Shown here: piece after piece, positions 13,002 through 23,316 of the stretch | How the letters are laid out: each line of letters opens with the position of its first letter | Numbering within the stretch: the first letter of the stretch is position 1 | NCBI RefSeq assembly: GCF_002571385.2 | Contig: NW_019217977.1 | Location: 254,434-318,433 of the forward strand | DNA length: 64,000 nucleotides | Source: Stylophora pistillata | Taxonomy: Eukaryota | Reading direction: 5' to 3' | Program-made: the position numbers and the translations under genes | The notes under the pieces: generated by a model | What the model saw: only the letters and a program-made list of their open reading frames with translations | What the model was told of the DNA's origin: nothing | Database searches by the model: none

Positions 13002-13505
13002 ATGGAGACACCAATTTATGTCGATGGAGCAACTTCGACCAGCGGAAAGAGTGTTTCGTTGAAACGGGTCATAAATCACAAAAAAGATCTTCAGAAGGAA
13101 ATTTCCGACTTGGAAAAACTTCAGAAGACCTTACTTCAACAGAGAAAAGATCTCGAATACATAAACGAGAATATCAGAGGCTGGGCTAAGAGCTTCGACA
13201 CCATTGAAAGAAATACTCAAGGTGTTCCCTTTGTGAGAAATGTCAAAGAAATTTGCGCGTCGATTGAAAACCTGTTGAATGATATTCATGGAGACTTTTA
13301 CTTCAGAATGCAGAATTTGATCACGGCAGATGTGCCATGTTTTCAGCAGGTTTATGAAGCCTTAGAGCTGTTGAAAAAACAAGTTTCGAAGATCATTAGG
13401 GATGATGCAGCCTACAAGGCGTCATTTATCGAAGAAATTCGACAGATCCTTGGACGCCTTACAGGCATCACTGATACTATGTTAGAAATTTATTTTGAAC
13501 AATAA
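13002..13505 (+). CDS. Uncharacterised helical protein, paralog B (167 aa)
   Basis: Intact ORF with QGVPFVRNVKEICA, DVPCF and FIEEIRQILGRLTG. Acceptor GCGCAG ends at 12996, 5 nt before the ATG. Upstream donor G|GTAAGC at 11881/2 and CCAAT near 11666. Confidence 0.85.
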   Translation: METPIYVDGATSTSGKSVSLKRVINHKKDLQKEISDLEKLQKTLLQQRKDLEYINENIRGWAKSFDTIERNTQGVPFVRNVKEICASIENLLNDIHGDFYFRMQNLITADVPCFQQVYEALELLKKQVSKIIRDDAAYKASFIEEIRQILGRLTGITDTMLEIYFEQ

Positions 13506-15762
13506 ATAAGAAAATAATTAAGGGAAGACCTTTGACGATTAAACTGAAAAACAAAATATTAAGATAATTTAGAAGCTTCAATCGCAGTTTCATTAGACTT
13601 TATTTTTGTATGCAAATGTTTTGGTTTAGAGTTTGTTTTCAAAACAGCCTTATGTAGCCTTATGTTTTTTCGTGGCGTACCTGTAAACTAGCTTTTAGCT
13701 AAGCGTTCTGACCACGTTAAATAAATTGATTGATTGATTGATTGTAGGAATAACGAGTTCATGCATTGTCATGCTATAAGAAATATTTAACTCCAGGTAA
13801 ATAAAGAAGTTGTTATCGATTTCTTCAAATAAAAGAGAGAATCCTTTGAATGCACGGAAAGGAATGTACTATATTTCATGCCTGGATATCGTACAACATG
13901 AATGAATGAAAATATCAGAATCTGAGGTCCATCGCTTTTACTCGTTCGTATTTTTATTTACCGCGAACGAATGAAGGTAAATTAAACATTTTTGTAAATG
14001 AAGAATGCATCTTTCTTTCAAAGAGCTGTGTAGAGAAATAGACAATGCAAAGAACTGAATAGAGAGCTACTTAGAAAATTATATAAATTGGCTTGAACGA
14101 TGACATATTTCTATTGTGTATGTACTTTTTGTTCCGGTAAAAGCTTCATTCATGCTGAGTTTGTAACCAAACATTCTTTATCTGTGTTATTCCCCAAATA
14201 ATTTGGCCGGCATGGTTGTTTTACCCCTGAATTAACCTATGTATAACTGTACTGGCCACCGCAAAGTATCTCGGAATATGACGAGTTCAAAACCCGGATC
14301 GTGAAAAAGTTAAAATGCTAGAAATTTTTTGTTGAAAAAGACGAAGATAAAGGAACTTAAGGTCATTCTTTCCACAAAGGATAATCCGCCAATACTGATG
14401 TAATGATTTTAGTTTTTGGTTCATTATACAAGAGCGCCTTTACTTTTTCAAAATCATTGAAGATAAGCAGAAAATAAGTGTAAAGGGTGTTTTTTCAATT
14501 ACATAAGAAGAATTTCTGAAAAAAATTACATAGAGCAGTTTTAGCCTAATAGAAGTGGTCACACCTGCATATAATTTTGGATGCAAATAAAAATTTTCCA
14601 CTCGAAGGAGACCGTTCGGTGCTGTCTTCCTTGAAACCTTTCAACGATATTCTTAAAAATGAAACTAAAATTTGTAAGTTACTCTCACATCTAGAATGGT
14701 TTTGGGCTCATTAATGAGAACCTTCTTATGAGGGAACCAATGTAGAAATATGGAATTTCGAAAACTACAGTACATATTATGTGATGAACTTGATCCGCAA
14801 ACTTCATGCATTGAAATGAATTTTAGCTATACATTTGCTTTTTTACTTATTCACTGCAAACAATGTCTGATTGTGAAATCGAAAAAGGAAAATAAAGCGA
14901 AGACGAGTCTATACACACCTGTTCACCGTTCGTCCAATCATCTTCAAGATTTACGCGATTTTTAACCAATCAAATCACTGATATTGTGAAACGCATGGTC
15001 ATGCGCATGAAGTTTGTACCCTTTGGGTGGGTCAGTTTTTTAGTGATAAATCATCGACAACGTTCGAAAGTGCTTTCCTGAAATATCATACCATTTCGCT
15101 CTGATTCCTTTTTCAAGGATCGTGACAATTACATTTCTCTTATACGAGCGAGGTAAGCCAGCAGACGTAATTTTTAAAAAGATTTTCATAACTATAAAAT
15201 AATGTACGCGCTGCGATTAAGCGTACATTGACAGATGACAGGAATAACACACTTTAACGTAAGGCTAAAGTCGGAATTATCTAACCCTCCATAAAAACAC
15301 TCGTTAGCACATATCTCATACGGGTTTGATCCTAAAGTAAGATTATTTTTATGGTCTTTTCACACGATTCATCCTTGAAAACAACACTTTATTAACTATC
15401 TTGTACGCATTTCGCCGTTTCACTAGGATCATATTTGTTTTAATTCATTCATAGACGCAAAAAGGAAAATAATTTTCGTCTATGCAAATTGTTTTGTCCC
15501 CAGACTTCCTCGAACATAAGTAAACAATTTCTTTCAAACATATCCCTCTTTGTATTTTTTTAGAGACGTTTCCTTTTCCGTGAAAATAGCCTCAAATAGA
15601 ATGAAGATTCCTATAGTTTATCAATATTTTAAACATTACTATGCAGGGGTTTCGAAATTTTTTTCCTGAAGCGGTTGTCAATGATTAATAGTTGGTCATG
15701 CCCGGAAAGGGGGGCCTAGGATGGTGAAGCGAAACCCAAACACATGTTCAATGGCTCGAGAC

Positions 15763-15832
15763 ACAACCTCGTTCCCAGGGCCTTTTCCCACCCCACCCCC
15801 AAATAAGAGAAAAAGCCATGGGAACGAGGTTG
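15763..15832. mobile_element. Short MITE
   Basis: CAACCTCGTTCCCAGGG...CATGGGAACGAGGTTG. Confidence 0.6.
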
Positions 15833-15962
15833 CTCGGGACAGACGGCGGTAAGATTTCCTTAAGGTAGCGGTTGACCGCCTAAAAAAAACCCTGTACGGG
15901 CACCAAGAATGTGGTTTGTAGAAAACCTGAATGTTTTATTTTATTTCTGAACATTTAGAGAC

Positions 15963-16457
15963 ATGACTAACGTAGGAAGCGATGGAATCCAAGAACTCAC
16001 GACGCGTGCCGAGAAGTTATCGATTACTTCTATTAACAAAGGCACCAAGCTGTTCAAAGCTCAAATCAGAGAACTGGATAAACAGTATGACACGATGCAA
16101 CAGCAACTAGAAGATCTACACTTTATCTTGGACGTTATCCTTAAATGGGACGAAGACTTCAAGAAAGTGGTACGATTTAGTCAGGGCGTGCCTCACATGA
16201 GGAGCACAAAGGAGATTTGCGCCAACATCAAGACGGCCATGATACCGAGCAGTGAGTTTGACCGCACGGTGCAGATTCTCATCAGAGATGGTGTGCCATG
16301 TTTCACGAGAGTGACAGGGCTTTTTGATAAGTTGAAATCTCGTCTCGATGAGAGGTCGCCAAACGCGAAGGTCTCTGAGGAGATTCGTCAACTGCTCGGA
16401 GAGTTAATCGGAACTTTGTGCACGATAATGAATTTCTTTTACGATCAAGAGGCGTAA
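15963..16457 (+). CDS. Uncharacterised helical protein, paralog C (164 aa)
   Basis: Intact ORF with QGVPHMRSTKEICA, GVPCF and SEEIRQLLGELIG. Acceptor ATTTAG ends at 15958. Upstream donor AG|GTAAGC at 15152/3 and CCAAT near 14966. Confidence 0.85.
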   Translation: MTNVGSDGIQELTTRAEKLSITSINKGTKLFKAQIRELDKQYDTMQQQLEDLHFILDVILKWDEDFKKVVRFSQGVPHMRSTKEICANIKTAMIPSSEFDRTVQILIRDGVPCFTRVTGLFDKLKSRLDERSPNAKVSEEIRQLLGELIGTLCTIMNFFYDQEA

Positions 16458-17597
16458 ACCTCTAATTAGAGGACATTGGGTCGAGAGACAGAATGGGAGG
16501 AGGGGGAGATTAGTGTTAAAATGTACCCCTCCCCCCTTGTTTTTGATCGAAAAATTGTTCAGTTCGTTTGACGTCATCGATTCTGACTGAAGATAAATTT
16601 TTTTGAGTCTTGAATCAAAGAAACAAAGCCAAATGTTTTCAAATTCTAACTTTATTAATTAATTCTCTCAACGGTGCTGTAAGTTCTGAAATGGATGAAA
16701 AATTTACAACACGTTCGATTTCATTCGTGTTGTTTGATTCATCGTTTCTTCTGTAGTAACGTCACAACAAGCGGCTGAAGAAACGTGTTTCCACGCAAGC
16801 TTCTTTTTTGGCTTGTCACGCAGATTGCGTTACACGCAAAAAAAATTACCCGCCTTTTGATCGACCTTAGCTAATTGATTGCCTGATAACGGCTCTGTGG
16901 GGAAGCGATCTGTTTAACAATACATCAATCAGTAGTTCAATTTATAGGTTCAAAATATCGGAAGAGAAGGAAAATTTTTAGAAATGAAATATTCATCTGA
17001 ATGCACTGCTGAAACATTTCTTTCTCCAGGAACTAAGTTATCTGTGTGCAACTTGGCAACGGGTAGTTTCTTACTCGTCACTTTGACTTTGGTGTTGGGA
17101 ATTTTGTCATGGTTACAATTACGCACGGACTGCTGCAATACAATCTCGCTTTGGCTGGTGGCGATGTCGAGCTCGCGTCCGGTCTAGCCGGCGGGTGCTA
17201 TTTTTCAATTGTTTACTCTGTTTGCGTATTGTTGTTATGTTTATTCTGTGCTTGGAAAAAATATACTCTAACTCCCTCGACACTCGTTTCTAATTAAAAT
17301 TCGACGGTGTACTTGAATCAAAGGGTCATATGTCAATGGATTTAAACAGAATTAAATTCTAGCCTATTCTGATATTTATAATATTATTTGAAAAGACGAC
17401 ATCCGCGTATGATTCACGAATTTGCGCAGTCAGCTGACAGCTTGACGAAATTAGCGTGGACAAAACATCGAAAACGCCTTGTTGTTTTTTTTTTATGTCT
17501 GAAATTTATGTAAAGTGCTTGTTCCGTGACGAACACGCTCACTTGGATTAACCCAACCCTCCGCGGATTGAAAGATAAAGAAGGCTAACAATTTAAC

Positions 17598-20171
17598 ATG
17601 GCGCTGAGTTATCACTTGTTGTTTAAAGTCCTCCTCGTCGGCGATCCCGACGTCGGCAGATGCGCCATCTTCCATCCACCGGCAGGTAACGCCTCGGTTT
17701 TGTCGGCTATGGGAGTGAATTTTCTCAAAAGGCAACTAGAAATCGGTGAGTAGTGTTCCTTCGGCGAGTACTTTTACGGTATTACGGATAACTGCTTGTC
17801 TGGCGTTCGCTCTTTATGCGCTACGATGCCGCAACTTACCCGAGTGTTGTTTTGAACCGGTAGTAGTGAGGGATTTAACGATACAGCTCGGCGACTATTT
17901 ATGGTTCAGTATACTCTAACGACGCTTTGAACTCCATGTTAGGGCGATATTTGCTTTGTGTTTGTAGAAATCGCAATACAACTTCGTTAACGAGTTGTCA
18001 ATATCATACCCTAGTAGTTCATAATTCCCCTGATAATTTTGTCATTCGTGTTTTTTTCCCGTCAAGCGAACAGCTGTTGTTATTAACTGACTTCTACGGA
18101 TAAGTCAGTTTTGTTTTTCTCAATCCACTTAAAATAATTGAGAAATGATCTGAAACTGTTATCGTTGGAAGAGGAATGCTTTTACTGGCGCGATACTTCC
18201 TAATTTGAAACATTGAAAAGCAAATATTTTACGTGCCTCGAAGGCATGATCTCGATTAAAAGCTGTCCTACTCGTATCTGACTCTTTCGACCGAGTTCAA
18301 TTAACTTTTCCTTTCAAACTTCAGATGGAAAACGAATAAAATTGCAGATATGGAATATTACAGGACAGGAAAGGTAAGAAGACATTGTGGAGTTAAACGC
18401 GCCACTTTGCTGTACGTCACGCGATTGCATGGTCACGCCATGTCAAGTTCTCGTTAACAGCTGCAGTCAAGTCTACGTTTTTGAACAAATTTCGTGCAAG
18501 GATTCTCATTAGCGTTATAGAAAGTTTCAAAATGCTCAAAGGAACACTTTCCGGTTGAAATGTTTCATTATCTTTCCTATTTAAAAACACTTCAGATTTT
18601 TCCCAACTGTAACACAGGAAGTCTATTATAATACAGAACGCGGAAGTCCACACCCTAGCAATAGCTACCTCCTCAGTGATACATTTCCGTTCGTAAACGA
18701 AATTTTTTAAATGTATTTTTGCCTGTGATACTCTCCCAGAAGCCCAAAAACGCTAATGAAAACGAGGCCTAGAAAAATGGTGAAATAAATGGAGTGTTGT
18801 GAAAACGCATCGTTCTTTAAAATGCTCAGCCTGCGAAGCAAGCCCTGGGGGAAAGGAGGTGGGATTGAGGGAGCGGAATGTGCGGAGCCCCAATCCCCCC
18901 TCCTTTCACCCAAGGCTTGCTTCGCAGGCTAAAAATGCTCGGTTCCGTTTATGAACAAGTGAAATCAGAGGCTCTTGAAAACGATGAGGAAAATAACGAA
19001 TCACGTATTAATTGTCGCCTCTATCAGCGTATCAGGCGTTTTGGTGAGAACGATGAAACGTAGAAGTGTTAATAAGGTGAGAGCCAAGCGAAGGACGCTT
19101 TTGTGGGCAGAATTTTGGTTGAGGGCCAAAATGCCAATTGGATTAGTGTCGTCGGCGTATGAAAGCTAATTCGCAGGAATGTCTCTTTCTCCGACCTTGA
19201 AAACCACAATCTCCCGTATGACGGTGTAGCAAAAAGATAAGTCACTATCCCCACCCACATACTGGGATTTTCAGTTGAGCGAAGCACGACGGACGTTAAA
19301 AGTTACATACAAAAATCCGGATATTTTTCAGGAATTTTAGGTTCAAACAAAATTTCTAGAGAACTTGAGGATCTTTGGAACAGTTAAGGATTTATAGACG
19401 ACAATTTTGGAAAAATGCAGCCAAATCTACGTGATTCGTAGATGCTTCTTTCATTGTTCCCAAAAGGGGTCCTTCCATACAAATACTACCGGTCAGAGAT
19501 TTCACGTTAAAGTTGTGTTTATGTCACGGGAAACTGGTCTCATTTCCAGTGGCAACGTGTTGTTTGACTTCTCTTATAGACGGGCTTCCGAATTTGACAG
19601 TTGGCGACGCACGGCTCTTGAGATTCGGTTACCGCTTGAAACGAGGAAGGTTACCCGTTGCAACACTTTTTCCGTGCCTCACTTATGCTCAACTAATAAT
19701 CATAGTGAGTTTCAATCGCTTTACATTGAAATCCAATTTTTTAGTACCCAGGCTGTCACTCCCAGCTACTATCACGGTACTCAAGGGTTCATCGTTGCTT
19801 TTGACGTCACCGATAAGAGTTCCTATGACAGAATCCTGGACTGGCTTCTTATTATTGAACAACACGCCAGCAAGCGAGGCTCTCAAAAGATGTTGGTTGC
19901 TAACAAGTGCCATTGTAAGGAGAGAAACCGCGTTATTACAGAAAAAGAGGGCGAAGCTCTCGCCAGAGAATTTGGTATGAGATATGTGGAAATCAACGAT
20001 CTGCAAGGCTCAGATATAGATGAGGTTCTAAAGCAGTTAATTCAAGACATCCTGAATAACAATGGCGCTCCAGGAAAAGTTGAAGATGGCCACAAAACGA
20101 ACATTTGTGAGTTGGACACGGAATATAACGGCACCAGAACTGGAGGAGAAAAGGAATCACTTCTCGGTTAG
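17598..20171 (+). CDS. Highly divergent Rab8/10/13-like protein, probable pseudo-GTPase (207 aa)
   Basis: Exons 17598-17745, 18325-18373 (49 nt) and 19745-20171 splice in frame at the same positions and phases as the next two Rab genes. Product: MALSYHLLFKVLLVGDPDVGRC...GKRIKLQIWNITGQE...YYHGTQGFIVAFDVT...LVANKCH...EINDL...KESLLG*. Confidence 0.8.
18828..18931. mobile_element. Short MITE
   Basis: AGCCTGCGAAGCAAGCC...GGCTTGCTTCGCAGGCT. Confidence 0.65.
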
Positions 20172-21342
20172 AGATTATAATCTCTTGCTTCTAGGTTAAC
20201 AAGTCTTCCGCGAATAGGACATTTTAAAAAAGATGTGGAAGTATTTCGCCTTAGAAAATCTTCGAAATTCTTCCATCAGATTTCGCGGGCAAAGCTTTTG
20301 TACGAAAACGAGATTTAATACAAGATTTTTCGAGAAGATACGTTTGCTAGCTAGGAATTTGCATATCCTATAACTTCAAGGTAGCCTCTTCTCGCAATTT
20401 ATCCACCCTCCCTTCTATTTCAAACAGTCAATCAAGGGCGAGATAGTTGTAGCTGCGCGTATAAACGTGCGAGCGTGTAGACACGCGAGGAAGGCGTCTC
20501 CTCGCTCGCCTTAGTACATCTAGCTAGTTCGTCAGAAAGAGTGCTGGCGCTTGGCGACCCGCGGGAGCATGAGAGAGACTGAAAAATCTATACGAGTTCT
20601 AAAATTTTTAAGTGAATTAATATATGAAAAATAACCTCGATGAGGGGTACATAGGCATTCACAGTATCTACCAAGGTTGGAATTTAGAAACTAACCACAT
20701 TTTTTCCCAACGATCGTCTTAGACATTTTTAATGTGACTTGGTCCATGTTGTAATTAAAATAAACTCAAGAGAATAGAATACGCCAATTTGGTAGGACTC
20801 AAACGCTCTTTCTCTGACTCGATATGTCTTTTCGCATGCACTCACAAAAATAAGGTTATTCGATAGTTTGAAGATCATTTTTGTTGAGTGCTCTTTGGTT
20901 AGTATTACTGTACCTCGATGTGGCAAACCTTGTCCTCAGAATGAGGTTCGGTGTGGCAGATCAAAGAATAATTCAGAGTGGAAGGAACTCCATTATCACC
21001 ACTTCATCGCCATGCACCCTTAGATAAATCCCTTGTGGACGGAAAAAGAAGACTTGAAAACAATAGCCTTTTATTTTTTTTTTTTTTCAAGTCCCAATTG
21101 ACAAATTTCAAATGGCGTAGGGCAGCCTGACACTCACAAACGCGCGAGAACAAAAAACTCGAAATAGTAAGGATTTTAACACGTAGTCACGTTAGACTTT
21201 TCATGTAATTTAATTTTTGACTTAATTTTAGTTTATTAGCTTCGCCGACAGGCAGGGACCCCGCAACAGCTTGCGCTAATGACTGCCACCCATCCCACCC
21301 CAGGGGAGGACATCCACCACACAGTGATGTCGTGCGTGGGAA

Positions 21343-21859
21343 NNNNNNNNNNNNNNNNNNNNNNNNNNNNNNNNNNNNNNNNNNNNNNNNNNNNNNNNNN
21401 NNNNNNNNNNNNNNNNNNNNNNNNNNNNNNNNNNNNNNNNNNNNNNNNNNNNNNNNNNNNNNNNNNNNNNNNNNNNNNNNNNNNNNNNNNNNNNNNNNNN
21501 NNNNNNNNNNNNNNNNNNNNNNNNNNNNNNNNNNNNNNNNNNNNNNNNNNNNNNNNNNNNNNNNNNNNNNNNNNNNNNNNNNNNNNNNNNNNNNNNNNNN
21601 NNNNNNNNNNNNNNNNNNNNNNNNNNNNNNNNNNNNNNNNNNNNNNNNNNNNNNNNNNNNNNNNNNNNNNNNNNNNNNNNNNNNNNNNNNNNNNNNNNNN
21701 NNNNNNNNNNNNNNNNNNNNNNNNNNNNNNNNNNNNNNNNNNNNNNNNNNNNNNNNNNNNNNNNNNNNNNNNNNNNNNNNNNNNNNNNNNNNNNNNNNNN
21801 NNNNNNNNNNNNNNNNNNNNNNNNNNNNNNNNNNNNNNNNNNNNNNNNNNNNNNNNNNN
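21343..21859. other. Assembly gap
   Basis: N run, with a partial SINE copy (21287-21342) running into it. Confidence 0.99.
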
Positions 21860-22394
21860 CATGGAGCTTGCTAAATCTCCCTTTGATCGCCTGGACTTGC
21901 TTTGTTACCAAACCTTCTCACTCTTAATGCTCGCTTTGCTTCCAGTGTCGGACTGTAAAAATCTCCATATTTGGTGAATCAGTGCCAGTTCAAGTGGACG
22001 GCGAAGCCTGGATGCAACCTCCGGGATATATCAAAATTGTCCACAAAAACCGAGCACAGATGTTGGTTAGAGACAGAGTAAGATTATACACTTTGTACTA
22101 AAGAGGCCCTTTCACTGTATGCGTAGCCGGAAGAATTGATCCTTAATTTCCTATGTTCCTCATTTCCAGTCGTTGTTAATCCTTTCCATCTTTAACCGTT
22201 CCCGCTCTTTCTTTGTTTATTATTATCCCTGTTACAATGTTTCTATCTTCCAATAATTACAATTTGCATTTTTCCCTGATATTATTAAGGCATTGGTGTG
22301 CCTGTTCCTCGTACGTACATACCTGCATACATACATAACTTTTTTCCGTTCGAATTTCAGAGTACCATGGTAGTGCTAGTTTCTCTGAACAAAC

Positions 22395-22592
22395 ACCCAC
22401 CCATCCCACCCCAGGGGAGGACATCCACCACACAGTAATCTTGTGCGTGGGAAATTAACGTCTCCTACTCCTAACCCTGCAGGTTATTCGTCTTATCCGA
22501 GAAGACTAGAATGTCTATCCATTTCCTGATATCATAGATAGGTAACACATTCTCCTCAGTAATTTTAAGACCTTGAGTGTTGGTCCGGCCGG
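22395..22592 (-). mobile_element. tRNA-derived SINE, partial (lacks tRNA-like head)
   Basis: Same family as 49148-49427, 56963-57244 and 59343-59622 (CCCACCCCAGGGGAGGACATCCA...CCGAGAAGACTAGAAT...TTTTAAGACCTTGAGTGTTGGTCCGGCCGGG). Confidence 0.8.
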
Positions 22593-22767
22593 GTCCTCTG
22601 TGTAGTTTCCCCCAATCGAGTCGCTTGAGAGCCGAGCGTTAGAAACCAAGGAAGGGCGAAGGGGTGAGTACTTCTCACCTCTCAGCGGCTTTCACACCCC
22701 CGTAGTTTTGTTCGAGTTTTTCTTTTTTTTTCTTTTTTTTTTTTTGTTTCAGATACCATTTTCTATG

Positions 22768-23085
22768 TTAAGGATCGGTCATTATTTGTCGCCATAGAAT
22801 TTTGGTTGTGTAAAGATAAAATGTACCTAGTTCTCCATAAGGCTCTGTAATATTCCAAGAGGAAAATAAAACAGTTACAGTTCTATGTTCCTTTGAATAT
22901 CCTTTTGACTCCCCCCTTCTATTGGCAGACAACTTTCTATAGTCCCCGCTTTATACTCTGTTGACGACAATTAAGCCCCCATTCTATCCCATTGAAAACC
23001 ACGTGATCCCACCACCTCACCCGGTCACCCTCCCCCCCCCTCGACCCTCCTTCACCCAGTTGATAAATAATGACTGGTTTCTTAA
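22768..23085. mobile_element. MITE-like element upstream of Rab gene 2
   Basis: Imperfect TIRs TTAAGGATCGGTCATTATTTGTC / GATAAATAATGACTGGTTTCTTAA. Confidence 0.5.
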
Positions 23086-23316
23086 TTCTTAAAAGGAGAA
23101 ATATAAAGAAACTTCAAAACCCGAAGAGATTACTTTTTTTAACTTTTGAGGAAACAATGTACGAAAATTAGAATAGCAGTTTTAAAGAATTTGAAGTATT
23201 TTTGGTAATCACATGTTTGCAGAACATTATTTTTTTTTCACGCACGTGATTTCACAGCAACTATGTATGTAACACAATCGGCGCCAGTTGTCACATCACA
23301 TGCTAGTTCCCAGAAA

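Noticed and set aside
19407-19744. N-terminal ~110 aa of the 254-aa ORF
   Set aside because: Intronic open frame; Rab homology begins at the acceptor at 19744/5.
21236-21977. Long X-containing ORFs (also 37316-37957 and 61779-62690)
   Set aside because: Artefacts of N gaps.
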